Assembly: GCA_010015805.1 (NCBI GenBank)
Contig: ML978121.1
Span: 3,100,001 to 3,164,000 of the forward strand
DNA from: Rhizodiscina lignyota
Lineage: Eukaryota
Reading direction: 5' to 3'
DNA length: 64,000 nucleotides
Part shown: positions 49,092-61,681 of the stretch, in pieces
Numbering within the stretch: position 1 is the first letter of the stretch
Layout: each line of letters begins with the position of its first letter
Notes under the pieces: generated by a model
The model's database searches: none
What the model saw: only the letters and a program-made list of their open reading frames with translations
Told to the model about the DNA's origin: nothing
Program-made: the position numbers and the translations under genes

Positions 49092-49607
49092 GGATCCTGG
49101 TGTCTCTTTGGACTTTTCTTCATGGTCGATAGAACCATTTACAGCAATGTCACTCGATATGAACACAAAAGCGAACAAGTGCAATCAGCAATATCTCTCA
49201 AAACTTCATGCTTCTTTCCATCGATTCCATCCTACACACGTTACACTCGATCTGGCTTCATGCCGAAACGTCCACCTCTCATCGTGACTACATACAAGGG
49301 AGAGAGAGGTTGCAAAGTAGTGCCGCCATGCTCGCGGCGCAATGCCAGATCATACATTATTGCCCCGCAATGCTGATTCGCAGAAAAAAGAACGACTTTT
49401 TGTCAGCCGAGTGAGAGAAAAAACGCCGCACTATGCCAAGCGCCGATAAAAATGTGGTATCGCAGGGTTTGAATCAGAAAAGCTCTGAGGCCGTAGATAA
49501 AGACAGAAAGAAAAGAAATTTTCGAGCATGCAATGCGGTAACTGTAAATATGAATCGAAAATAGCAACTGGCCCAGCGTCGAGGCGAGCTTTGCTCTCGC
49601 AAATAGC

Positions 49608-52600
49608 TCAAGAAGTCTTCCCGAAAACGGTGCCATTCTTCACCGTGACTCTCAGGTCGACAAAATCCATGAACCATCCGCTGGCCCCAAGAGTCAAGTT
49701 CTTCGCCGCAGCAGTGGCGTTGTCTCCGCCCTGCTTTGAGTTTGAGTCACCGAACCAATCGCTCAGGCGGCCCTGCGCATCGCTCGCGTCGTTCACACTT
49801 GCTGTCTCCTGGAGGATGAAGAGTATCGCGATTCGAGCAAAGTCCATATCCGTGTCTGTGTTGGTGCCAGACAGCTCTGCAGGGGTGGAGGCGGTCGAGG
49901 TCGCAGATGAGGCGCCTCTTGTGGATGTTGCGGCAGCGTTGACTTTAGTGCTAGAAGGGTGATCTGATGGGTTGCCAGAGGCGAAGACGACGCCGTTCGC
50001 AGTTTCAGTCGCGCGACGGAAGAGCGCAGGTTCGGTTCGGGTGGCGGTGGGTACGATATCACCTCCATCCCAACCCGCGTCAGCAGTAGGTATGGCATAT
50101 ATTGCTTGGTCGTGAATGATATTTTCGGAGTCAGGAGAGGGAGTTGCGGTGGCACTAGTGGTGTCGGGTGTGAAAGGGTTACGATCGACGGCCAGAGGTA
50201 TATACAGATTGACCACCGACCGCTTCGTTGTTGCTCCGTTGAGGGTGACGAGAGCGTCCTGTGTCGTACAACTGAGATCGGAAGAAGAAAATTGAGCCAG
50301 GACTCGCTGGCTGTCGAGTGGGATGCTGAAATTGCTCTGCGCAACATCAACAAGTCTTGGGATGGCGCTGCCAACAGTTGCGTTTGGTGCGCCGCTAAGA
50401 GACATTGTTGTACAAGAACTATCAGAAGCAGCTGTGCACTGTGCTCCACTGAAGCCGTTGACACAGAGGCAGCCACATTGCCCATTGCGGGTTAGGATGC
50501 TACTTCCTCCGTTCTGGCAAGCGAACTGCTTTTGGCAGACCGAGAGAGCGGTGTTGGCGCCTTGGTTTGTGGACTTCTGGCGCGGAATAACAACGAGACC
50601 AATGGGGATGACAACCGCGGCGGCGATCAGAAGGATAAGGACGATCATCAGGAGAATGAATGCCCAGCGTGGCATCCCACAACACCTCCGTGGTTGCTTC
50701 CGCTCACTTGGTTTCTCGAAGACAAATCGAGGGTCCATCTCATCGCGTCCCATGTCTCTACTGCGCGGATCCATCTCTGGCCAGCCGGTCCCTCTCGTCC
50801 CGGGACTACGATTCCCGGTTGGCGTCGCAAGCCCAGGTGGGGGGAACGATGCGAGAATATCAGACAGCGAGCCGGAAGCGGATTTCCTGTCCACTTCATA
50901 GCCCTCTTTCCGTGCCTCACTGATGAACCACTCCATACCAAGCCTACTTGCTGTCTTTCCCCGATCAAGATTTGCTGCTAGTCGAGTTGCTCGCCGTATC
51001 AGGTCCGGCAAGCTCGTCAAACTTCCTCTTGCCTCTGCTTCTCGAACCGCATCCACATTCAACCGTGGTGGACGGCGAAGACCAGCTCTTTCCGCCAATC
51101 CACCTTTTGGGGACCTCAGAGCCTCCACAGAATCCTTGTCTAGTGCACCGCCTCTCTCCAATCCCGCGAGGATTGCTTCCCGTTGGGCATCCTGTGGTGA
51201 CATGGGTAATTTTCCTCTGGACATAGGTGCATTTGGGGAGAGTGGTGAGGATACGTTCGGCTTGTAGGGGCTACCGGTTCGTGGTACTGGCGACTGACTT
51301 CTCACAACAGGCTTCATGTCTCCGAAGATGTCCATGGAGGCCACTGTCTCGGGCCTCTTACTTGATGCATCGTCATCCATGATCCTCTTTTCTATCGAGG
51401 ATAACGACGTTTCTGACGATGACGGATCTGCGAGCGCTGTTGGAGTGTTCATTGAAGGTTGAGGAGTTGTCTCTCTTGTCGCATCACGGGAGTTTCCCAG
51501 CCCCGCCGCAAAAGCCCCCCCTGCAGCCCCAGCCGCCATGGCTGCCTGCGCAACAATGCCGCCTTTTGAAACATCTGCCCTTTGTGAATTGTCTCTGACG
51601 GGAATCAGTGATGGTTTGGCTCTCTTCCCCAAGCTTGCCTGTCGAACAAGGCCCCTGTCGTCGTCGTGATCTTCCAGTCTCATTGAAGCTTGCTCTCGAC
51701 GCGGCGACTCGTCATCAGAAGGTGTGTCGTCCATATAGTAGTCTGGTACGCCGGACGGTATCACATTACTTGAAGCATATGAGCCATGAGACACTCTCTC
51801 GGCTTCTTCAACGATGGGAGAGACTCCAAAGGACTGCTGAGAGTAATACGACGAGGGGCCTCTTCTGGCAGAAGGAGGGGGCCCGAGGGGTATTCGTCGT
51901 GGCATCTGTGATGGCTGAGGTGGTGGCGGCATAGGAGGTGGCTCGGATTGAGGTACAGGAAAGTCGGGTATTGAGCCAATGGATGAGTCAGAAGCATAGG
52001 AAGAATCTGTCACTGGCCGCGACATATTCGGAGAGGTTGGTGACAGGAACTCTTCTCCTCTGTACGGTTCCTGTGCGTGCGGTGACTTGGGTTGCACCCG
52101 AACAGGACGGCCTGGAGGAGATTGTAGTGGTGGTTGAGCTGGCCATCCATAGTTCATGCCAGCCGGAGCATCTGCAGACCCGGATTGCGCAAGCTGCTCT
52201 AAACGAGGCACAAGAATGTCTGGTCGCTTCTGGGGTCGATCCGAACTCCCCTGAGTGTTTTCCCTCGCAGCTCTTATTGCTCCTTTATTCGCACTCTCTT
52301 CAGACCTGCTGCTATCGCCCCTTAAAGGCCATGCTGGGGTGGGTGAATTTTGACGAGGTTTTGGAATGTCTTCTGGTGACCCATCAGGCGAAGGACGAGG
52401 TAGCCGACTGATTGGCACCAGATATGGATCACCCTGTCGCCGCGGAGGTCCCCGTGAAGATGGTGAATTTTGCGATGGTGACGCTCGAGCAGCCTGATCC
52501 GGACTATCGGGATAGTCTGGATATTGATATTCTCCTTGCCGCCGTGCAGAAGAATTTGGAGCCGTTTTCAGGTTGTCCGGGAGTTCTTGGGCGACTCGAT

Positions 52601-52790
52601 CAACATATCTCCTCTCGCTCTCTGACTGCGGAGGGCGATACGGTTGCTGTCTTCTGTAAGTCTGCTCCGGCAATGCTCCTCCCAGCTCTCTCGCCGCTTT
52701 GGCTGATCCCTTGTTCCAAACCGGGTTACCAGGCCCTTTCGCGGCTGGTATGCCATATGGCACCCCCTGTCCGTGCGGAGCGTAACTCAT
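49608..52790 (-). CDS. Type II membrane protein with an extracellular EGF-like domain, function unknown
   Basis: 1060-aa ORF with a Pro/Ser-rich N-terminus, RRCCG then a TM, then CQKQFACQNGG...CGCLCVNGFSGAQC. Confidence 0.85.
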   Translation of the reverse strand: MSYAPHGQGVPYGIPAAKGPGNPVWNKGSAKAARELGGALPEQTYRRQQPYRPPQSESERRYVDRVAQELPDNLKTAPNSSARRQGEYQYPDYPDSPDQAARASPSQNSPSSRGPPRRQGDPYLVPISRLPRPSPDGSPEDIPKPRQNSPTPAWPLRGDSSRSEESANKGAIRAARENTQGSSDRPQKRPDILVPRLEQLAQSGSADAPAGMNYGWPAQPPLQSPPGRPVRVQPKSPHAQEPYRGEEFLSPTSPNMSRPVTDSSYASDSSIGSIPDFPVPQSEPPPMPPPPQPSQMPRRIPLGPPPSARRGPSSYYSQQSFGVSPIVEEAERVSHGSYASSNVIPSGVPDYYMDDTPSDDESPRREQASMRLEDHDDDRGLVRQASLGKRAKPSLIPVRDNSQRADVSKGGIVAQAAMAAGAAGGAFAAGLGNSRDATRETTPQPSMNTPTALADPSSSETSLSSIEKRIMDDDASSKRPETVASMDIFGDMKPVVRSQSPVPRTGSPYKPNVSSPLSPNAPMSRGKLPMSPQDAQREAILAGLERGGALDKDSVEALRSPKGGLAERAGLRRPPRLNVDAVREAEARGSLTSLPDLIRRATRLAANLDRGKTASRLGMEWFISEARKEGYEVDRKSASGSLSDILASFPPPGLATPTGNRSPGTRGTGWPEMDPRSRDMGRDEMDPRFVFEKPSERKQPRRCCGMPRWAFILLMIVLILLIAAAVVIPIGLVVIPRQKSTNQGANTALSVCQKQFACQNGGSSILTRNGQCGCLCVNGFSGAQCTAASDSSCTTMSLSGAPNATVGSAIPRLVDVAQSNFSIPLDSQRVLAQFSSSDLSCTTQDALVTLNGATTKRSVVNLYIPLAVDRNPFTPDTTSATATPSPDSENIIHDQAIYAIPTADAGWDGGDIVPTATRTEPALFRRATETANGVVFASGNPSDHPSSTKVNAAATSTRGASSATSTASTPAELSGTNTDTDMDFARIAILFILQETASVNDASDAQGRLSDWFGDSNSKQGGDNATAAAKNLTLGASGWFMDFVDLRVTVKNGTVFGKTS

Positions 52791-55468
52791 TTATCCCTCC
52801 CCTCTTTCTGTGCTCAAGACAGCGCAACGCACATTCAGACGATTCAAAACTCTCTAAAATAAAAAAGTCAAGCTCCAGCTAGGTTACGTAAGTAAACAGT
52901 GAGATATCGGCCTTTGATGAGTCGCACGTGGCCGCTGGACGTGGATCCCTGCTCGATGGGTGAGAAATTAATCTATGTTTGACGATTGATGAACGGTGGT
53001 TGCGCGTGGGACATTCGCATTGGAAACTGGCAGAAAACTCGGCACGGTAATGTCGAAAGCTTTGGATGTGCAGAAAGAGTTCCGAGGATTCTGCCGATGG
53101 CGTTGCGTGTTTAATGCGGTTGGTGAAAGCCTCGTGAATTCGAATACGATCTCAACGCGTGGCCGTGTGCTGTTAGTGTGACACGTCAGAAGCCGTATAC
53201 TGAATTAAAAGTATAGATTTTCTGAAAATGGCCGAATAAAGACTTTGCACTCGTGTTCTGCAAGGAAATAAGTGAACGGTGGTGAGGTGGAGGTGAGGAT
53301 CAGCAGACAAGACGGCCAGCAAGACAGAGGGTTGCGTTGCACTGCGCATTACATGATTGGGTATTAGAGGGGCACAGCCAGGGTTGAAGACGACAATCAG
53401 GTTCTGACTTTGAACGTTGCAGGTGGCAATGGTCAAATCGAGGTGTGTCGTTTCATGGTGGTGGAATCGACGTACAGGAGTGGACACGGCTGCGGAGGTA
53501 GCTGCAAGTGCCAAACAGAATCCGTCAGAGTCGCGAACGGAAGCGTTTGATAGGCCTGGTGTCGAATAATACTGGAACAGCAAGCCGGCTTGCAGTCGAA
53601 GGTAGTTCGGGTGGAAGAAGCGCAATGAGTGTCGAGAAGAAGCCACGCAGGCAGCCAAACTGGGCGAGTGAGGTTGCAGAAAGGCGGCGACTCGACGAGA
53701 AGTGGAAGCAGGCACAAGGCTCGTGACTTGCCAGGCGGTCTAGCGCAAGCACGAGGGTATATTGCAGAAGCCTGGCAGAGAAGGATGGCAGCAATTTCGG
53801 GAGTACTGGTTGAAGAGGCGTGTGCTGCGCCTGACCGCAGCGCGGGAGGATGAAGTGAAGTGAGGAGAGAGAACAGCGGGATGACAATCTACTTGGAAGC
53901 AGGAAGTTGGGACGAACAATCACGCCGGCGCTGAGGGGCTTGCTTGGGCCAGCTTGGAGGAAGCGGAGTGATGCGTTCGAGTGCCTGAATGCAGGGTTCC
54001 GTCAATGGTGCGACAGTCCCACGAGATGCGAGAGAGCACATCCCAGCCTCACCACACACCACGCCGCCCACGACCAGCAGCTGAGTGAGAGGCTGCGCGC
54101 GCGTCATCAGCATTCGACCGTTCGGAGAATTGATGCACTGCAGAAGAGACGCAGCTCTCACCGCTGGCCTCCGCCGCTCCACTGCTCACCTCGTTCGGTA
54201 TTTCCAACTGCTGTGCGTTCTGGAGCGAGCAAGATCGGCGCGCACCCAATGCACGCCATGTGCGCCTCCAAAGCGCAAAGGCATGCCATCCTTCACTTCC
54301 ATCTATCCCTGCCACTTCGCGCTCCATCCGCTCGGTAGCCGGTCGTCAAGGCATCACACGGGCTCCCTCCCGGCTCTTGGAATCTTCGAAACCTTGTCCG
54401 TTTGCACATCACTGCCTTCTGCTACAGCTCGCTTGGCCCATCCTCGCACAATCGACGTCCAGCCGCGAGAGACGCTAGGCACGCGAATTCTAGAAGGTCT
54501 CGTTAGCTTCTTTCAACCACACTAGCTGTGCTAGGACTTATGCTTTTACCAAGATTGCGGACGACCTACTCATCTTCCCACACATATCACGCGGCGACGC
54601 GTTACAGGGTCTTACTGATCCAGGAACGCCTTAGTTGTCGGAGATATACTTACCCTCGCCGCATTAACTTGATCTCGGGCGGGCAGGTATGTATATTACT
54701 GCATACATGCTTGTAAGATGAGAGATGGAGGCTCTACAAATCTTCACGGTCGGCCGGCCAATCTCTGGAATGCGGGCCGTGTTCATCTCTTTCAAACGAT
54801 GCCATCAAATCTCGTGCCAAGTCGCTGTGCAAGCTGCCATCTGGCCCCGAATTTCTGCAAACGCCCCACGAAGACCACGGTCGTGTAATATCTCCAAGAT
54901 GAGACAGGACTTCGTATTCCCTGATCTACAGAACACGCCCCATTCTGATAGTCTCAGCTATTTTTTGTTTCCGTCACTTGCTCAGAATGTTTCTCAAATC
55001 GCTGAAGCAGCCGTTGTATTAACTCCATTATTCTGCCTGAATCTTATCGTTTGCAGACTGAAATATTGTCTTCTTATCAGTAAAATCAATTGTACTTGCT
55101 TGCGAATCTTCTGAAGGTGCGCCTGGCGAGTCATGAATCTCACTCGAAGCTGCCTCAAGCACGTGTCCAATATGGGGAAAGAAGCTTAGACTACGATGCT
55201 TGAGGGAGACATCACCACTTTTAAACTTGAGGCAACGGGCACTCTTCAAGTCGTACTCAACTTTCACCATGACTTGCTACTTCCTGAAGACGGTTGCTCT
55301 GGCAAATCTTATTGAACAAAGTCTACCGAGCCGGGACATATCTTTCTGCAAGTATCAACTTCATAGCAAAGCAGCGACTCTGCTTCGATTTCGATCAAGC
55401 TCTGCCTTCAACGCGTACAGTCACTCTCAAGCCGTTCTCAGTTTTCACATCAGCAGCAATTTCCAATC

Positions 55469-57432
55469 ATGTCTTCTTCTCCGACAGTAAGAACCGAATA
55501 GTTGGAATACCTACTAACTCTCAGCGAATCGTGCATCAATTTTAACTCTTACTTACGCTAACAACTACCCAGTCCAATGCGCGAGCAACTGAGCTACAAG
55601 GTCTATCTCCATCAGTCGGCAAACCAGACCTGCCACCAGGAGGCGTCTTACTCAAGCCTCTCGTAACCACCTCACCTCTGAACAACCTTAATAATCTCGC
55701 CACAACTCCAGCAAATGTGGGTCGCCGTCGCGGAGATGCTATGAGCGTGCCGCTCTTGGCAAGCCCAGCTCGGCCAGGCCACAGCTGCAAAATGGCGCAG
55801 ATCTTCGAAGAAGCAGGCATGACGATGCGTCGCGACGTAGAGAATAGGCCTACAACCACCTCTGGGTCGCCGAATGGGATGAAGAACCGCCCAATGCTCT
55901 CAACACCAAGGCAAGGCCGGAAGCTGGCGCGTCAAGACTCTGCAGGATCATTTGGGGGCGTCTTTCTATCGAGGAGCAGCTCTGTCGTGAACTTGCAGGG
56001 CCATACGATCGCTGTGGGCCATACGCCTGGAGATATGACATACCTTACACGACCCATCGCAGAGGAAGATATCACGGCTGCCGCGCAAACCCTTTCACCG
56101 TTGCACACTAGGCCAACAGGTATCCGAGGCATGGCTCGTCGTCCTCGTAGCGCACTCGTAGGCACACTTGCAAAGCCGAAAGCCCCAAAGGCGCCAAACC
56201 GTTTGTTCAGGCCTGCTGCAAGAGCTCAGGCAGTTAGCTCACCTCCTGCCAGAGCTGCAGCACATACCAGAAACGAGAATGGCAACTTGGGAAACGACCC
56301 AGATTTATCCAGTGAATCATGGTCTGGAGATTCGCAGTTCTTTCATCCTGTCAAGGGAAAGACAGTCAAGTTATCGACAGCACCACAGCAAATACCGCAG
56401 CCAAACCGAGATGATTCTCAATCGTGGTCTGGAGACTCTCAGTTCTTCCGCCGAGCCACTGTAAAAGCAGCCAAGCCCTCAATGGCGCCACAGATGAATA
56501 TAGATACATCCCAGATGCGCCCCACAGCAGGACAGCAAGGCACTGAGCAGCGCGTCATCGGCCACATCAAGTCTCACGAAGACATCACCAAATGGCTCAT
56601 TGGTGTCGAGGACGGTAGTGAAGACAACGAGGACAATGAACAGATACGCGAAGAAGACTACACCGTCCACAGCCCAGGTCTCCATCTCGAGCGTAAGCGC
56701 AGCCCGCAAGAATCAGATCCAATCATTTCGGCCAGTCCACGTCCAGCGCCGCCGCCAGTCTTTAGCCTGCAGCACAAAGCATCCGCCAGCGCATTCTCAA
56801 GCTCCACGTCTTCGAGCGAGACAAATGGCAACCTTCCTGCTGCCGGGACACCAGCGCATCTCCAACCATTCTGCAGCCGATGGCAAATCCCCATGTCGTC
56901 TGTTGCCGCCGCGCTTAGCCCGGAGCGAGAGACGCTCCGTCTTCGCGGCGGGCGGAGCAAGTGGTCGCACAGCAAGCCAAAAGCAGGAGATTGGTCGGAG
57001 AACATTGCGCTACTGCCTTGGATGAGCGGCAAGGAGGTTGAGGAGGCGAGGGCGTGCTTCAAGCAGTACTTCAAGTCCACTGAGAAGGCGTCTCGGCCAC
57101 GGAATGATTCGGTGCTGGGAGTTATGGATACTAATGCTCAAGCGGGCGTTGGTGCTAATGAAGACAGCACTGGGAGAAGTTATATCCTTACGCGCCAGGG
57201 ACCGTGCACGCCGACGCTCTATGCTACTTGTGGTCCGGCCTTGCCTGGTGACCGCGACGAGGCGTTATCGCCTCTCAGTCCGGCTGTTTCGCTGCATCGC
57301 GGAGACTCTGATCAGCGGAGGAGGGTGGAGAAGGGCATGGGGAGGAAGAGATGCCCGAGTTACTACGACAAAGACATCATTGGAACTCCAGGTAGGGCTA
57401 CCAGCCAAGGAGGAGTTTGGCTGGGGAGGTAG
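55469..57432 (+). CDS. Hypothetical low-complexity (probably disordered) protein; spliced start at 55469
   Basis: Long ORF open from 55573, preceded by a GCTAAC...CAG acceptor. Exon 1 ATGTCTTCTTCTCCGACA|GTAAGA is in frame. Confidence 0.65.
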
Positions 57433-58112
57433 AGGAAGGAGATGGGATCAGGAGGTTGAGAGGAGAAGATCAGTGGATGAGGAAGATGATGTATTGGGTG
57501 GATACGAATTCAACGGAGGAGGTATTGGAAGAGAAACTATTATTAATTTTACGTTTGCAGCGACTGTTGGATCTGCTACTAGGCTTGTCAAGGGGCCATT
57601 TCGACGAGCGGATTGGAGAGATATTATTACCTTCAAAGTTCATAGGCTCGTCTTCAATCCATTTTGCTTTTATCCAATCTTTCCAAAGTCGCGTTCTACA
57701 ATATCTTGAGTTAGTAAGATCGGGAATTAAAAGTAGCCGTGTCCAAAATGGTAAAGCAAGACTGCCAGATGTGGAAGTTGACGCGGACCATCTATTTCCG
57801 TTCTACGTCTCGACATCGGTTTTGGCCTGGTAGGTAGATAAACGCCAACACGACGATGATAAGCCTAAATGTCTTATCGAAGAATGTTTCCGTATGTGCA
57901 GAAATGGTGGCTGGTACCGAGCTTACTGAATGGCAGTTGAATGGCCGCCGAAATACAAATTGCACCATCGAGGTCTGCCGAACTCGGGGGAAACCCCGTG
58001 ATGACCGTACAGCGTGCGGGGTCTAAGGGAGGAAATAAGGGGTCTCTCCTGTGGATTATAAATGTGTCGATAAGTCGATTGTGGAAATACTCTGTCGCCA
58101 AAGTTGTTCATA

Positions 58113-59131
58113 ATGGTGAATTCAAGGGACAAGCTTGTTGGGAAGAAGGTCATCGTCGTCGGGGGTACCTCAGGGTATGTATCTTATATCTTCTCTTCGA
58201 AGGGGAAAGCACTGACCGATAACCCATTCAGAATTGGAAACGGTGCCGCATTAGCACTGCTCGAGCATGGAGCAGAGGTCGTGATCGTCTCGTCAAACGA
58301 AGACCGTGTGAACGAGGTCGTCAAGAAGATCAACAACCCCAAGCTCACGGGCAAGGTTGGCAATGTCCGAGACGAGGCTCAGTACACAGAATGCTTGAAG
58401 TCTCTGGCACCGTGTGACCACCTCATCTACTCTGGAGTCGACAAGATCATTCGTGGCGCCATTGCTGATGGGGAATTGGAGGACTGGAAGTATAGCACTG
58501 TCAAACCTTGAAAAGACTACACATGCCTGGCTGATCTAGATCCCAGGTGGTATTTCGGAGTTAAGTTCTGGGGCAGTGCTCTAACTGGGAAAAGTGAGTC
58601 GTCGTTAAGGAGTACTGTTCCCGAGCCTGCTAATATCTGAATTTCTTACAGTTGTCTCGAAATATGACATCATCAAACCCGGTGGCTCTTTAACTTTGAC
58701 CTCGGGGACTGGAGCTATGAAACCAGGAATGACCGCGTCAATTGGAGGATCTTTGAATGCTGGGTTGTTCACGATGACTACGGGCCTTGCCAACGAATTG
58801 AAGGAGAAGAAAATCCGGGTGAACTGTACGTTCAGTCATCATTTCAACACGCAGTCGCTAATAACATAAGGCGTCGTACCGGGTATGGTACAAACGGAGT
58901 TGTGGGACAAGCTTGGAGTGCCAAAGGACAAGCAGAAGGATAATTTTGAAAAGGCCGCAAACAACCTCCCAGTTGGTTTTGTAGCAACACCAGAAGATGT
59001 GAGCGAATGACAGCACACCAACTCTGATCTGAAGCTAATATTTGTAGATTGCGGAAGCGTATATCTACGTTCTCAGGGCTGACTACACAAATGGCACATT
59101 GATCACGATCGATGGCGGTGGAGTCCTCTGA
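58113..59131 (+). CDS. Short-chain dehydrogenase/reductase
   Basis: KKVIVVGGTSG|IG, DHLIYSG, VKFWG, SLTLTSG, IRVN..PGMVQTELW, LPVGFVATPED, YTNGTLITIDGGG. About 5 introns. Confidence 0.9.
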
Positions 59132-59465
59132 TGACGCATCTAAGCGTGGGTAGGCCAAACGAGACCTCATTGCATGTCAAAATACATGATTACTCGGTGT
59201 TACCTGTTTCTATGCCTAACCTTTGACCGCCGCGTGTCGAAGTTGACATCGATCCCTGCATGTGCTATGAACGAATTTGAATTCTACTCAAATCACCCCC
59301 GCCGTACACTTCACTTGGCACTGAACTACAGTATTGGCATGTGCAACCAAGCTAACTGGTACAGTCGGTTGTAAAGCTTTCGAGAGTATAAAGCTCTGTG
59401 TTGCTTTTGCATTGGCTATGAACCCGGCTGAGAGACAGAATATATATCCAAGTCGTAAAGGCGGA

Positions 59466-61681
59466 CTACCAGGAGAAGGACTCCTCAACCAATCTAACAG
59501 CTACATTCTTCCCTTTCAGCGTGAGACTGCAAACAGCATTCCGGGCATCATCGGCCATGCTCGCTGGTCCACTCACAACCACAACAGCATCGTTTCCTGA
59601 ATGCCTAAGCTCTCCTTCGAGTTCTTGCGCGATGTTCATGCGATGGCCCACAAAGAGCTCTTTCTCTACCTCACGTAAGCTTTCTTCCATCGCGTCCACA
59701 ATTCCACGACTTCGCACACCCCAAAACAATTTCGCTTTTCCAGGGTGAGCTCGAAGAAGTGGAAGCACCGCTGTAATGCCGACTCCTCCTGCTATGCACA
59801 CCATCGTTGGATGCGTGGAGAAGTCAGGACGTTGACCGTATGGGGATTCAACAAGAACAGGAATGTCGCCATGAAGCCGCAATGCAGAGGTAAGGCCTGA
59901 ACGAGTTCGCAAAAGGAATGTTAAGCCCAGAGTTGGCGGCTGAAGCCGATCTTGTTCCGACGACGCTCCGTCCTCTGACGTTCTTGGAGCGATATCGCTC
60001 CTTGCTCCACTCTTCTCAATGTCGCCGGTCTGCAGATGGTTGCCACCAGATGAGCTGCCAGAAGCTGGAAGAACTGTCGACGCAACGGAGAAGGGGTGGT
60101 TTTCCCAGACGCGCCATGTCAGTGTCGGAAAGTACAGATAGGCGTGTCCGTTTCCGGAGACTCCTGCAATATCGACTCGAACGTAATCCTCGTCGATGAC
60201 GGTTACTTTAGCTCTTCTGATACCGTTACGCGCAAGCCTGAGCAGACGGACAAGCCTGTCGAAGCCCCACACCGCATACGCGGTAAGAATCCAAACTTCA
60301 TACCCCCATTGATGCTACAAAAGGAACACCACTTTAGTGGAATTCGTGACGTTCACAAGGTAAATACTCACCTGAAAGCGGTATATGATGTGCAGATAAC
60401 ATCCTGCAACAATCAGAACCGAAAGGGCTACGTGCCACATCAGGAAGAGTTCGTAAAGTCTCTGCCGAAGTGGCAGAATTGATGTCGGCAAGAGGATGGA
60501 CATTCCCAGGGTCGCTATGGCGCCCCAATACCAGTATGGCAGTTTGCTCTCGCTTCTGTGATCCCCGTCGTGGATATAAATAGCTAGGTAGATGACCGAA
60601 TGAAGGACGGCCTGCAGTGTAGCTATTCCAGCGACGTATCGATGTAAGATGAGGAACGTCTCGTAGCTCCAATTGGTGAGCCAAAGAAGGATATTATTGC
60701 GACCCGCATAGAGTATCAGGAGAGGGATGTTGGCAAAGCTCAGAACACCCAACCTGTTTGTAACATAATAGGTTATCTCGCCGTCCGTCCCATTTGCGCC
60801 AGCTGGATACCAAGCATTCGGTTGACGGGAATGATAACCAACGCAGGACAGTATAATGTTGATAGCGGTGAGATAGAAGATGAAGAAAGCCTGGCCACGG
60901 GTTGGCATGTTTGTAAGATTCCAGAGAATCGGGACCTTGTGGCGGGATCCAATGGCTGGCGGGTCGATGAACAAGGCGTAAAACTTTGCTGTCCATCCGG
61001 AAGGGAATGGGATGAAACGCAGCAATGAAAATCCAACTGGTATGACGAAGCCAGAGAGAAGTACAACCAAGCTGCAACGACATTAGTAAGTGACTCCAAA
61101 AATGACAATGTGAGAATTGTGGCCTACGCGTATCGCTCGTGGGTGTCTTCGATATCTTCAAACGCAACCAGAGCATTCCAATTCTCTTGATAATCGGAAT
61201 CTCCGACCAGCATAGTTCTGTTCAAGGAATCGCCGCTGACGAGGGTCTCGGTCACCGTACCATGAATCTTGACCAGCGCCGCCTCGTATGTCTCTTTTGG
61301 ATCTGGCTGGACCTGTGCGGTACCCGCAACATTCTCTTGCCAGTACTTTTCGATCTTCCAGTCATCGAGTGTTTCGTCGCCGATACATCGCTGCTTGATG
61401 CACAAAGCCAGAGACTGAAGAAATGCATCGTCCGTTGCGTAGCATTCTGGGGAGTTCATGTCACCTCCCATATCCATACCCCCGTCGCTCATGTCCATAC
61501 TCGCTGAACAATTCAGCATGCTTGAAGCGAGTACAGCACGGCATGAGAAGCAGCAGGGAGGTTTGTACATCGTAATCCCATACCCAATTAAACCATGACC
61601 ATTGCGGCCGGCTGTCATTTCGCATTGTGAAACGCCGAGAAATGCGGAAAGGCAGACGAGCAAGATATTCTTCCGGTCCAT
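59466..61681 (-). CDS. Ferric/cupric reductase transmembrane component (FRE family)
   Basis: Signal peptide and Cys-rich N-domain, RLGVLSFAN, GRNN, paired His in TM helices, WENHPFSV (FAD), ESPYG, IAGGVGIT (NADPH), VSGP, EESFSW. Two introns. Confidence 0.95.

Noticed and set aside
52800..55450. Numerous short ORFs in a long intergenic region
   Set aside because: No motifs; consistent with divergent promoters and UTRs.
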